From NCBI GenBank assembly GCA_951406725.2, contig OX597831.1, forward strand, positions 1-64,000: a DNA stretch of 64,000 nt. The letters run 5' to 3'. This DNA comes from Octopus vulgaris (Eukaryota). Every line of letters starts with the position of its first letter. The first letter of the stretch is position 1. Under the pieces are notes generated by a model, which was given only the letters and a program-made list of their open reading frames with translations, searched no databases and was not told the DNA's origin. The position numbers were made by a program, and so were the translations under genes. Below, one piece after another: positions 39,978-55,909 of this stretch.

Positions 39978-41927
39978 AAAGAACCTATAAATAGAATCTA
40001 TAAATAGAATCTATAAATAGAATCTATAAATAAAATAAATAAATAAATAAATAAATAGAATCTATAATTAGAATCTATAAATAGAATCTATAAATAGAAT
40101 CTTTAAATAGAATCTATAAATAGAATCTATAAATAGTATCAATAAATAGAATCTAAAAATAGAATCTATAAATAGAATCTATAAATAAATAAAAAATAAT
40201 AAAAAATAAAATAAATAGAATCTAAAAATAGAATCTATAAATAGAATCTATAAATAGAATCTATAAATAGAATCTATAAATAAAATCTATAAATAGAATC
40301 AATAAATAGAATCTATAAATATAATCTATAAATAGAATCTATAAATAGAATCTATAAATATAATCTATAAATAGTATCTATAAATAGAATCTACAAATAG
40401 AATCTATAAATAAGTAAATAAATAAATAAATAAATAAAAAGAATCTATAAATAGAATCTATAAATAGAATCTATAAATAAAATAAATAAATAAATAAATA
40501 GAATCTATAATTAGAATCTATAAATAGAATCTATAAATAGAATCTATAAATAGAATCTATAAATAGAATCTATAAATAGTATCTATAAATAGAATCTAAA
40601 AATAGAATCTACAAATATAATCTATAAATAAATAAAAAATATAAAAAAATAAATAAATAGAATCTATAAATAGATTCTATAAATAGAACAAATAAACTAA
40701 AAATTGAACAAATAAACTAAAAATAGGACAAATAATCGAAAAATAGGACAAATAATCTAAAATAGAACAGCAACTAAAAATATGACAGAAAAAAATAAAT
40801 AGAACAAGTAAACTAAAAATCGAACAAATAAACTAAAAATAGGTCAAATAAACTAAAAATAGAACAGCAACTAAAAATAGGACAAATAAACTAACAATAG
40901 AACAAGTAAACTAAAAATAGAAAAAATAAACTAAAAATAGGACAAATTAAGTAAAAATAGAACAAATAAACTAAAAATAGAAGAGCAACTAAAATTAGGA
41001 CAAATAAACTAGAAATAGAACAAATAAACTAAAAATAGAACAAATAAACTAAAAATAGGACAAATAAACTAAAAATAGAACATATAAACTAAAAATAGAA
41101 CAAATAAACTAAAAATAGAACAGCAACTAAAATAGGACAGATAAACTAAAAATAGAACAAATAAACTAAAAATAGAACAAATAAACTAGAAATAGATCAA
41201 CTAAAAATAGGACAAATAAACTAACATTAGAAAAGCAACTAAAAATAGGACAAATAAACTAAAAATAGAACAAGTAAACTAAAAATAGAAAAAAACTAAA
41301 AATAGGACAAATAAACTAAAAATAGGACAGATAAACTAAAAATAGAACAAATAAACTAAAAATAGAACAAGTAAACTAAAAATAGAAAAAATAAACTAAA
41401 CATAGGACAAATAAACCAAAAATAGAACAAATAAACTAAAAATAGAACAGCAACTAAAAATAGGACAAATAAACTTAAAATAGAACAAATAAACTAAAAA
41501 GAGAACAAATAAACTAAAAATAGAACAAATAAACTAAGAATAGAACGGCAACTAAAAATAGAACAGCAACTAAAAGTAGTTATATTCTATATGCATAAAT
41601 AGAATCTATAAATAGTATCTATACATAGAATCTATAAATAGAATCTATAAATAGAATCTATAAATAGAATCTATAAATAGAATCTATAAATAGTATCTAT
41701 AAATAGAATTTATAAATAGAATCTATAAATAGAATCTATAATTAGTAGCTATTAAATAGAAGCTATAAATAGAAGCTATAAATAAAAGCTATAAATAAAT
41801 AAATAAATAAATAATAGTATCTATAAATAGAATCTAGAAATAAAATCTATAAATACAATCTATGAGTAGAATCTATAAATATAATCTATAAATAGTATCT
41901 ATAAATAGAATCTACAAATAGAATCTA

Positions 41928-41958
<31 letters not shown>

Positions 41959-43202
41959 AAAGTATCTTTAAATAGAATCTATAAATAGTATCTATAAATA
42001 GAATCTATGAATAAAATAAATAAATAGAACAAATAAACTAAAAATAGAACAAATACACTAAAAATAGGAAAAATAATCTAAAAATAGGACAAATAAACTA
42101 GAAATAGAACAGCAACTTAAAATAGGACAAATAAACTAAAAATAGGTCAAAAAAACTAAAAATAGAACAGCAACTAAAAATAGGACAAATAAACTAAAAA
42201 TAGAACAAATAAACTAAAAATAGAACAGCAACTAAAAATAGTACAAATAAACTAAAAATAGAACAAATAAACTAAAAATAGAACAGCAACTAAAATAGGA
42301 CACATAAACTAAAAATAGAACAAATAAACTAAAAATAGAACAAATGAACTTAAAATAGAACAGCAACTAAAAATAGGACAAATAAACTAAAAATAGAACA
42401 GCAACTAAAAATAGTTATATTCTATATGCATAAATAGAATCTATACATAGAATCTATACATAGAATCTATACATAGACTCTATAAATAGAATCTATAATT
42501 AGTAGCAATAAAATAGAAGCTATAAATAGAAGCTATATATAGAAGCTATAAATAAATTTATAAATAAATAGTATCTATAAATAGAATCTAAAAATAGAAT
42601 CTATAAATAGAATCTATAAATAAAATCTATAAATAGAATCTATAAATAGAATCTATAAATAGTATCTATAAATAGAATCAATAAATAGAATCTACAAATA
42701 GAATCTATAAATAAATAAATAAATATATAAATAAATAAATAAATAAATTGAATCTATAAATAGAATCTACAAATAGAATCTATAAATAGAATCTATAAAT
42801 AAAATCTATAAATAGAATGTATAAATAAATAAATAAATAAATAAAGAGAATCTATAAATAGAATCTATAAATAGAATCTATAAATAGAATCTATAAATTG
42901 AATCTATAGATAGAATCTATAATTAGTAGCTACTAAATAGGAGCTATAAATAGAAGCTATAAATAGAAGCTATAAATAGAAGCTATAAATAAATAAAAAA
43001 ATAAATATATAATATCTATAAATAGAATCTATAAATAGAATCTATAAATAGAATCTATTAATAGAATCTATAAATAGAATCTATAAATAGAATCTATAAA
43101 TAGAATCTATAAATAGAAACTATAAATAGAATCTATAAATAAATAAATAAATAAATATATAAATAAATAGAATCTATAAATAGAAACTATAAATAGAATC
43201 TA

Positions 43203-43241
<39 letters not shown>

Positions 43242-44456
43242 ATAGAATCTTTAAATAGAATCTTTAAATAGAATCTATAAATTGAATCTATAAATAGAAT
43301 CTATAATTAGTAGCTATTAAATAGAAGCTATAAATAGAAGCTATAATTAGAAGCTATAAATAGAAGCTATAATTAAATAAATAAATAAATAAATAAATAT
43401 TATCTATAAATAGAATCTAAAATAGAATCTATAAATAGAATCTATAAATAGAATCTATAAATAGAATCTATAAATAGAATCTATAAATAGAATCTATAAA
43501 TAGAATCTATAAATAGAATCAATAAATAGTATCTATAAATAGAATCAAAAAATAGAATCTATAAATAGAAGTCTAAAATAAATAAATAAATAAATAAATA
43601 AATAGAATCTATAAAAAGAATCTATAAATAAATAAATAAATAAATAAATAAATAGAATCTATAAATAGAATCTTTAAATAGAATCTATAAATAGAATCTA
43701 TAAATAGAATCTATAAATAGAATCTATATTTAGTAGCTTTTAAATAGAAGCTATAAATAGAAGCTATAATTAGAAGCTATACATAGAAGCTATAAATAAA
43801 TAAATAAATAAATATTATCTATAAATAGAATCTAAAATAGAATCTATAAATAGAATCTATAAATAGAATCTATAAATAGAATCTATAAATAAAATCTATA
43901 AATAGAATCTATAAATAGAATCTATAAATATAATCTATAAATATAATCTATAAATAGAATCTATAAATAGAATCTATAAATAGTATCTATAAATAGAATC
44001 TACAAATAGAATTCTATAAATAAATAAATAAATAAATAAATATATAAATAAAAAGAATCTATAAATAGAATCTATAAATAGAATCTATAATAAAAATAAA
44101 TAAATAAATAAATAAATAGAATCTATAATTAGAATCTATAAAGAGAATCTATAAATAGAATCTATAAATAGAATCTATAAAAGGATCTGTAAATAGAATC
44201 TAAAAATAGAATCTATAAATAGAATCTATAAATAAATAAAAAATAAAAATAAAATAAATAAATAGAATCTAAAAATAGAATCTATAAATAGAATCTATAA
44301 ATAGAATCTATAAATAGAATCTATTAATAGAATCTATAAATAGAATCTATAAATAGAATCTATAAATAGTATCTATAAATAGAAACTATAAATAGAATCT
44401 ATAAATAAATAAATAAATAAATAGAATCTATAAATAGAATCTATAAATAGAATCTA

Positions 44457-44491
<35 letters not shown>

Positions 44492-47400
44492 ATAGAATCT
44501 ATAAATAGAATCTTTAAATAGAATCTATAAATAGAATCTATAAGTAGAATCTATAAATAGAATCTATAATTAGTAGCTATTAAATAGAAGCTATAAATAG
44601 AAGCTATAATTAGAAGCTATAAATAGAAGCTATAAATAAATAAATAAATAAATAAATATTATCTATAAATAGAATCTAAAATAGAATCTATAAATAGAAT
44701 CTATAAATAGAATCTATAAATAGAATCTATAAATAGAATCTATAAATAGAATCTATAAATAGTATCTAAAAATAGAATCTAAAAATAGAATCTATAAATA
44801 GAGTCTAAAATAAATAAATAAATAGAATCTATAAATAGAATCTATAAATAAATAAAAAAATAAATAAATAGAATCTATAAATAGAATCTTTAAATAGAAT
44901 CTATAAATAGAATCTATAAATAGAATCTATAAATAGAATCTATATTTAGTAGCTTTTAAATAGAAGCTATAAATAGAAGCTATAATTAGAAGCTATAAAT
45001 AGAAGCTATAAATAAATAAATAAATATTATCTATAAATAGAATCTAAAATAGAATCTATAAATAGAATCTATAAATAGAATCTATAAATAGAATCTATAA
45101 ATAAAATCTATAAATAGAATCTATAAATAGAATCTATAAATATAATCTATAAATATAATCTATAAATAGAATCTATAAATAGAATCTATAAATAGTATCT
45201 ATAAATAGAATCTACAAATAGAATCTATAAATAAATAAATAAATAAATAAATATATAAAAAAAGAATCTATAAATACAATCTATAAATAGAATCTATAAA
45301 TAGAATCTATAAATAAAATAAATAAATAAATAAATAAATAGAATCTATAATTAGAATCTATAAATAGAATCTATAAATAGAATCTATAAATAGAATCTAT
45401 AAATAGAATCTAAAAATAGAATCTATAAATATAATCTATAAATAAATAAAAAATAAAAACAAAATAAATAAATAGAATCTAAAAATAGAATCTATAAATA
45501 GAATCTATAAATAGAATCTATAAATAAAATCTATAAATAGAATCTATAAATAAAATCTATAAATATAATCTATAAATAGAATCTATAAATAGAATCTATA
45601 AATAGAATCTATAAATATAATCTATAAATAGTATCTATAAATAGAATCTACAAATAGAATCTATAAATAAATAAATAAATAAATAAATAAAGAAATAAAT
45701 AAATAAAAAGTATCTATAAATAGAATCTATAAATAGAATCTATAAATAGAATCTATAAATAGAATCTATTAATAGAATCTATAAATAGAATCTATAAATA
45801 GAATCTATAAATAGAATCTATTAATAGAATCTATAAATAGAATCTATAAATAGTATCTATAAATAGAATCTAAAAATAGAATCTATAAATAAAATAAATA
45901 AATAAATAAATAAATAGAATCTATAATTAGAATCTATAAATAGAATCTATAAATAGAATCTATTAATAGAATCTATAAATAGAATCTATAAATAGTATCT
46001 ATAAATAGAATCTAAAAATAGAATCTATAAATATAATCTATAAATAAATAAAAAATTTAAAAAAATAAATAAATAGAATCTATAAATAGAATCTATGAAT
46101 AGAATCTATAAATAGAACAAATAAACTAAATATAGAACAAATAAACTAAAAATAGGACAAATAAACTAAAAATAGGACAGCAACTAAAATAGGACAAATA
46201 AACTAAAATAGGACAAATAAACTAAAATTAGAACAAATAAACTAAAAATAGGACAAATAAACTAAAAATAGAACATATTAACTAAAAATAGAACAAATAA
46301 ACTAAAAATAAAACAGCAACTAAATTAGGACAAATAAACTAAAAATAGAACAAATAAACTAAAAATAGAACAAATAAACTAGAAATAGAACAACAACTAA
46401 AAATAGGACAAATAAACTAAAATTAGAACAGCAACTAAAAATAGGACAAATAAACAAAAAATAGAACAAGTAAACTAAAAATAGAAAAAATAAACTAAAA
46501 ATAGGACAAATAAACTAAAAATAGAACAGATAAACTAAAAATAGAAAAAATAAACTAAAAATAGAACAAGTAAACTAAAAATAGAAAAAATAAACTAAAA
46601 ATAGGACAAATAAACTAAAAATAGAACAAATAAACTAAAAATAGAACAAATAAACTAAAAATAGAACAGCAACTAAAAATAGAACAAATAAACTAAAAAT
46701 AGAACAAATAAACTAAAAATAGAACAAATAAACTAAAAATAGAAGAGCAACTAAAAATAGGACAAATAAACTAAAAATAGAACAGCAACTAAAAATAGTT
46801 ATATTCTATATGCATAAATAGAATCTATAAATAGTATCTATACATAGAATCTATAAATAGAATCTATAAATAGAATCTATAAATAGAATCTATAAATAGA
46901 ATTTATACATAGAATCTATAAATAGAATCTATACTTAGTAGCTATTAAATAGAAGCTATAAATAGAAGCTATAAATAAATGAATAAATAAATAAATAGTA
47001 TCTATAAATAGAATCTGTAAATAAAATCTATAAATAGAATCTATAAAGAGAATCTATAAATATAATCTATAAATAAATAAATAAATAGTTAAATAAATAA
47101 ATAAAAAGTATCTTTAAATAGAATCTATAAATAGTATCTATAAATAGAAAGTATGAATAAAATAAATAAATAGAACAAATAAACTAATAATAGAACAAAT
47201 ACACTAAAAATAGGAAAAATAATCTAAAAATAGGACAAATAAACTAGAAATAGAACAGCAACTAAAAATAGGACAAATAAACTAAAAATAGAACAAGTAA
47301 ACTAAAAATTGAACAAATAAACTAAAAATAGGTCAAATAAACTAAAAATAGAACAGCAACTAAAAATAGGAGAAATAAACTAAAAATAGAACAAGTAAAC

Positions 47401-49974
47401 TAAAAATAGAGAAAATAAACTAAAAATAGGACAAATAAACTAAAAATGGAACAAATAAACTAAAAATAGAACAGCAACTAAAAATAGGACAAATAAACTA
47501 AAAATAGAACAAGTAAACTAAAAATTGAACAAATAAACTAAAAATAGGTCAAATAAACTAAAATTAGAACAGCAACTAAAAATAGGACAAATAAACTAAA
47601 AATAGAACAAGTAAACTAAAAATAGAGAAAATAAACTAAAAATAGGACAAATAAACTAAAAATAGAACAGCAACTAAAAATAGGACAAATAAACTAAAAA
47701 TAGAACAAATAAACTAAAAAGAGAACAAATAAACTAAAAATAGGACATATAAACTAAAAATATAAAAGATAAACTAAAAATAGAACAAATAAACTAAAAA
47801 TAGAACAGCAACTAAAATAGGACAAATAAAGTAAAAATAGAGCAAATAAACTAGAAATAGAACAAATAAACTAAAAAATAGGACAAATAAACTAAAAATA
47901 GAACAGCAACTAGAAATAGGACAAATAAACTAAAAATTGAACAAGTAAACTAAAAATAGAAAAAATAAACTAAAACTAGGACAAATAAACTAAAAATTGA
48001 ACAAATAAACTAAAAATAGAACAGCAACTAAAAATAGTACAAATAAACTAAAAATAGAACGAATAAACTAAAAAAAAAACAAATAAACTAAAAATAGAAC
48101 AAATGAATTAAAAATAGAACAGCAACTAAAAATAGGACAAATAAACTAAAAATAGAACAGCAACTAAAAATAGTTATATTCTATATGCATAAAAAGAATC
48201 TATACATAGAATCTATACATAGAATCTATACATAGACTCTATAAATAGAATCTATAATTAGTAGCAATAAAATAGAAGCTATAAATAGAAGCTATATATA
48301 CAAGCTATAAAGAAATAAATAAATAAATAGTATCTATAAATAGAATCTAAAAATAGAATCTATAAATAGAATCTATAAATAAAATCTATAAATAGAATCT
48401 ATAAATAGAATCTATAAATAGTATCTATAAATAGAATCAATATATAGAATCTACAAATAGAATCTATAAATAAATAAGTAAATATATAAATAAATAAATA
48501 AATAAATAGAATCTACAAATAGAATCTATAAATAGAATCTATAAAGAAAATCTATAAATAGAATGTATGAATAAATAAATAAATAAATATAGAGAATCTA
48601 TAAATAGAATCTATAAATAGAATCTATAAATAGAATCTATAAATTGAAGCTATAAATAGAAGCTATAAATGGAAGCTATGAATAGGAGCTATAAATAGAA
48701 GCTATAAATAGAAGCTATAAATAGAAGCTATAAATAGAAGCTATAAATAGAAGCTATAAATAAATAAAAAAATATATAAATAATATCTATAAATAGAATC
48801 TATAAATAGAATCTATAAATAGAATCTATAATTAGTAGCTATTAAATAGGAGCTATAAATAGAAGCTATAAATAGAAGCTATAAATGGAAGCTATAAATA
48901 GAAGCTATAAATAGAAGCTATAAATAAATAAAAAAATAAATAAATAATATCTATAAATAGAATCTATAAATAGAATCTATAAAAAGAATCTATAAATAGA
49001 ATCTATAAATAGAATTTATAAAAAGAATCAATAAATAGAATCTATACTTAGTAGCTATTAAATAGAAGCTATAAATAGAAGCTATAAATAAATGAATAAA
49101 TAAATAAATATTATCTATAAATAGAATCTATAAATAGAATCAATAAATAGTATCTATAAATAGAATCTATAAATAGAATCTATAAATAGAATCTATAAAT
49201 AAATAAATAAATAAATAAATAAATAGAATCTATAAATAGAATCTATAAATAAATAAATAAATAAATAAATAAATAGAATCTATAAATAGAATCTTTAAAT
49301 AGAATCTATAAATAGAATCTATAAATAGAATCTATAAATAGAATCTATATTTAGTAGCTTTTAAATAGAAGCTATAAATAGAAGCTATAATTAGAAGCTA
49401 TAAATAGAAGCTATAAATAAATAAATAAATAAATAAATATTATCTATAAATAGAATCTAAAATAGAATCTATAAATAGAATCTATAAATAGAATCTATAA
49501 ATATAATCTATAAATATAATCTATAAATAGAATCTATAAATAGAATCTATAAATAGTATCTATAAATAGAATCTACAAATAGAATCTATAAATAAATAAA
49601 TAAATAAATAAATATATAAATAAAAAGAATCTATAAATAGAATAAATAAATAGAATCTATAATAAAAATAAATAAATAAATAAATAAATAGAATCTATAA
49701 ATAGAATCTACAGATAGAATCTATAAATAGAATCTATAAATAGAATCTATAAAAAGGATCTATAAATAGAATCTAAAAATAGAATCTATAAATAGAATCT
49801 ATAAATAAATAAAAAATTAAAAAAAAATAAATAAATAGAATCTAAAAATAGAATCTATAAATAGAATCTATAAATAGAATCTATAAATAGAATCTATTAA
49901 TAGAATCTATAAATAGAATCTATAAATAGAATCTATAAATAGTATCTATAAATAGAAACTATAAATAGAATCTA

Positions 49975-50005
<31 letters not shown>

Positions 50006-50041
50006 ATAGAATCTATAAATAGAATCTATAAATAGAATCTA

Positions 50042-50076
<35 letters not shown>

Positions 50077-53000
50077 ATAGAATCTATAAATAGAATCTAT
50101 AAATAGAATCTATAAATAGAATCTATATGTAGAATCTATAAATAGAATCTATAATTAGTAGCTATTAAATAGAAGCTATAAATAGAAGCTATAATTAGAA
50201 GCTATAAATAGAAGCTATAAATAAATAAATAAATAAATAAATATTATCTATAAATAGAATCTAAAATAGAATCTATAAATAGAATCTATAAATAGAATCT
50301 ATAAATAGAATCTATAAAAGAATCTATAAATAGAATCTATAAATAGTATCTATAAATAGAATCTAAAAATAGAATCTATAAATAGAGTCTAAAATAAATA
50401 AATAAATAGAATCTATAAATAGAATCTATAAATAAATAAATAAATAAATAAATAGAATCTATAAATAGAATCTTTAAATAGAATCTATAAATAGAATCTA
50501 TAAATAGAATCTATAAATAGAATCTATATTTAGTAGCTTTTAAATAGAAGCTATAAATAGAAGCTATAATTAGAAGCTATAAATAGAAGCTATAAATAAA
50601 TAAATAAATATTATCTATAAATAGAATCTAAAATAGAATCTATAAATAGAATCTATAAATAGAATCTATAAATAGAATCTATAAATAAAATCTATAAATA
50701 GAATCTATAAATAGAATCTATAAATATAATCTATAAATATAATCTATAAATAGAATCTATAAATAGAATCTATAAATAGTATCTATAAATAGAATCTACA
50801 AATAGAATCTATAAATAAATAAATAAATAAATACATATATAAATAAAAAGAATCTATAAATAGAATCTATAAATAGAATCTATAAATAGAATCTATAAAT
50901 AAAATAAATAAATAAATAAATAAATAGAATCTATAATTAGAATCTATAAATAGAATCTATAAATAGAATCTATAAATAGAATCTATAAAAGGATCTATAA
51001 ATAGAATCTAAAAATAGAATCTATAAATAGAATTTATAAATAAATAAAAAATTTTAAAAAAATAAATAAATAGAATCTAAAAATAGAATCTATAAATAGA
51101 ATCTATAAATAGAATCTATAAATAAAATCTATAAATAGAATCTATAAATAAAATCTATAAATATAATCTATAAATAGAATCTATAAATAGAATCTATAAA
51201 TAGAATCTATAAATATAATCTATAAATAGTATCTATAAATAGAATCTACAAATAGAATCTATAAATAAATAAATAAATAAATAAAAAGTATCTATAAATA
51301 GAATCTATAAATAGAATCTATAAATAGAATCTATAAATAGAATCTATTAATAGAATCTATAAATAGAATCTATTAATAGAATCTATAAATAGAATCTATA
51401 AATAGTATCTATAAATAGAATCTAAAAATAGAATCTATAAATAAAAAAAATAAATACATAAATAAATAGAATCTATAATTAGAATCTATAAATAGAATCT
51501 ATAAATAGAATCTATTAATAGAATCTATAAATAGAATCTATAAATAGTATCTATAAATAGAATCTAAAAATAGAATCTATAAATATAATCTATAAATAAA
51601 TAAAAAATAAAAAAAAATAAATAAATAGAATCTATAAATAGAATCTATGAATAGAATCTATAAATAGAACAAATAAACTAAAAATAGAACAAATAATCTA
51701 AAAATAGGACAAAAAAAATACAACGTGTAAAGTAAAAATCGAACAAATAAACTAAAATTAGGTCAAATAAACTAAAAATAGAACAAATAAACTAAAAATA
51801 GGACAGCAACTAAAATAGGACAAATAAACTAAAATAGGACAAATAAACTAAAATTAGAACAAATAAACTAAAAATAGGACAAATAAACTAAAAATAGAAC
51901 ATATAAACTAAAAATAGAACAAATAAACTAAAAATAAAACAGCAACTAAAATAGGACAAATAAACTAAAAATAGAACAAATAAACTAAAAATAGAACAAA
52001 TAAACTAGAAATAGAACAACAACTAAAAATAGGACAAATAAACTAAAATTAGAACAGCAACTAAAAATAGGACAAATAAACTAAAAATAGAACAAGTAAA
52101 CTAAAAATAGAAACAATAAACTAAAAATAGGACACATAAACTAAAAATAGAAAAGATAAACTAAAAATAGAACAAATAAACTAAAAATAGAACAAGTAAA
52201 CAAAAATAGAAAAAATAATGTAAAAATAGGACAAATAAACCAAAAATAGAACAAATAAACTAAAAATAGAACAGATAAACTAAAGATAGTACAAATAAAC
52301 TAAAAATAGAACAGCAACTAAAACAGGACAAATAAACTAAAAATAGAAAAAATAAACTAAAAATAGAACAAATAAACTAAAAATAGAACAGCAACTAAAA
52401 ATAGGACAAATAAACTAAAAATAGAACAGCAAATAAAAATAGTTATATTCTATATGCATAAATAGAATCTATAAATAGTATCTATACATAGAATCTATAA
52501 ATAGAATCTATAAATAGAATCTATAAATAGAATCTATAAATAGAATTTATAAATAGAATCTATAAATAGAATCTATACTTAGTAGCTATTAAATAGAAGC
52601 TATAAATAGAAGCTATAAATAAATGAATAAATAAATAAATAGTATCTATAAATAGAATCTGTAAATAAAATCTATAAATAGAATCTATAAAGAGAATCTA
52701 TAAATATAATCTATAAATAAATAAATAAATAATTAAATAAATAAATAAAAAGTATCTTTAAATAGAATCTATAAATAGTATCTATAAATAGAATCTATGA
52801 ATAAAATAAATAAATAGAACAAATAAACTAATAAAAGAACAAATACACTAAAAATAGGAAAAATAATCTAAAAATAGGACCAATAAACTAGAAATAGAAC
52901 AGCAACTAAAAATAGGACAAATAAACTAAAAATAGAACAAGTAAACTAAAAATTGAACAAATAAACTAAAAATAGGTCAAATAAACTAAAAATAGAACAG

Positions 53001-54706
53001 CAACTAAAAATAGGAGAAATAAACTAAAAATAGAACAAGTAAACTAAAAATAGAGAAAATAAACTAAAAATAGGACAAATAAACTAAAAATGGAACAAAT
53101 AAACTAAAAATAGAACAGCAACTAAAAATAGGACAAATAAACTAAAAATAGAACAAGTAAACTAAAAATTGAACAAATAAACTAAAAATAGGTCAAATAA
53201 ACTAAAATTAGAACAGCAACTAAAAATAGGACAAATAAACTAAAAATAGAACAAGTAAACTAAAAATAGAGAAAATAAACTAAAAATAGGACAAATACAC
53301 TAAAAATAGAACAGCAACTAAAAATAGGACAAATAAACTAAAAATAGAACAAATAAACTAAAAAGAGAACAAATAAACTAAAAATAGGACATATAAACTA
53401 AAAATATAAAAGATAAACTAAAAATAGAACAAATAAACTAAAAATAGAACAGCAACTAAAAAAGGACAAATAAAGTAAAAATAGAGCAAATAAACTAGAA
53501 ATAGAACAAATAAACTAAAAAATAGGACAAATAATCTAAAAATAGAACAGCAACTAAAAATAGGACAAATAAACTAAAAATTGAACAAGTAAACTAAAAA
53601 TAGAAAAAATAAACTAAAACTAGGACAAATAAACTAAAAATAGAACAAATAAACTAAAAATAGAACAGCAACTAAAAATAGTACAAATAAACTAAAAATA
53701 GAACGAATAAACTATAAAAAAAACAAATAAACTAAAAATAGAACAAATGAATTAAAAATAGAACAGCAACTAAAAATAGGACAAATAAACTAAAAATAGA
53801 ACAGCAACTAAAAATAGTTATATTCTATATGCATAAATAGAATCTATACATAGAATCTATACATAGAATCTATACATAGACTCAATAAATAGAATCTATA
53901 ATTAGTAGCAATAAAATAGAAGCTATAAATAGAAGCTATATATAGAAGCTATAAATAAATAAATAAATAAATAGTATCTATAAATAGAATCTAAAAATAG
54001 AATCTATAAATAGAATCTATAAATAGAATCTATAAATAGAATCTATAAATAGTATCTATAAATAGAATCAATATATAGAATCTACAAATAGAATCTATAA
54101 ATAAATAAGTAAATATATAAATAAATAAATAAATAAATAAATAGAATCTACAAATAGAATCTATAAATAGAATCTATAAATAAAATCTATAAATAGAATG
54201 TATGAATAAATAAATAAATAAATATAGAGAATCTATAAATAGAATCTATAAATAGAATCTATAAATAGAATCTATAAATAGAATCTATAAATAGAATCTA
54301 TAATTAGTAGCTATTAAATAGGAGCTATAAATAGAAGCTATAAATAGAAGCTATAAATAGAAGCTATAAATAGAAGCTATAAATAGAAGCTATAAATAAA
54401 TAAAAAAATATATAAATAATATCTATAAATAGAATCTATAAATAGAATCTATACATAGAATCTATAATTAGTAACTATTAAATAGGAGCTATAAATAGAA
54501 GCTATAAATAGAAGCTATAAATGGAAGCTATAAATAGAAGCTATAAATAGAAGCTATAAATAAATAAAAAAATAAATAAATAATATCTATAAATAGAATC
54601 TATAAATAGAATCTATAAATAGAATCTATAAATAGAATCTATAAATAGAATCTATAAATAGAATCTATAAATAGTATCTATAAATAGAAACTATAAATAG
54701 AATCTC

Positions 54707-54737
<31 letters not shown>

Positions 54738-54944
54738 ATATAATCTATAAATAGAATCTATAAATAAATAAATAAATAAATAGAATCTATAAATAGAATC
54801 TATAAATAGAATCTATAAATAGAATCTATAAATAGTAGCTATTAAATAGAAGCTATAAATAGAAGCTATAATTAGAAGCTATAAATAGAAGCTATAATTA
54901 AATAAATAAATAAATAAATAAATAGAATCTATAAATAGAATCTA

Positions 54945-54979
<35 letters not shown>

Positions 54980-55501
54980 ATAGAATCTATAAATAGAATC
55001 TTTAAATAGAATCTATAAATAGAATCTATAAATAGAATCTATAAGTAGAATCTATAAATATAATCTAAAATAGAATCTATAAATAGAATCTATAAATAGA
55101 ATCTATAAATAGAATCTATAAATAGAATCTATAAATAGTATCTATAAAAAGAATCTAAAAATAGAATCTATAAATAGAATCTGAAATAAATAAATAAATA
55201 AATAAATAAATAGAATCTATAAATAGAATCTATAAATAAATAAATAATAAATAAATAAATAAATAAATAAATAGAATCTATAAATAGAATCTTTAAATAG
55301 AATCTATAAATAGAATCTATAAATAGAATCTATAAGTAGAATCTATAAATATAATCTAAAATAGAATCTATAAATAGAATCTATAAATAGAATCTATAAA
55401 TAGAATCTATAAATAGTATCTATAAAAGAATCTAAAAATAGAATCTATAAATAGAATCTGAAATAAATAAATAAATAAATAGAATCTATAAATAGAATCT
55501 A

Positions 55502-55532
<31 letters not shown>

Positions 55533-55874
55533 ATACAATCTATAAATAGAATCTTTAAATAGAATCTATAAATAGAATCTATAAATAGAATCTATAAATA
55601 GAATCTATAAATAGAATCTATATTTAGTAGCTTTTAAATAGAAGCTATAAATAGAAGCTATAATTAGAAGCTATAAATAGAAGCTATAAATAAATAAATA
55701 AATAGATAAATATTATCTATAAATAGAATCTAAAATAGAATCTATAAATAGAATCTATAAATAGAATCTATAAATATATTCTATAAATATAATCTATAAA
55801 TAGAATCTATAAATAGAATCTATAAATATAATCTATAAATAGTATCTATAAATAGAATCTACAAATAGAATCTA

Positions 55875-55909
<35 letters not shown>
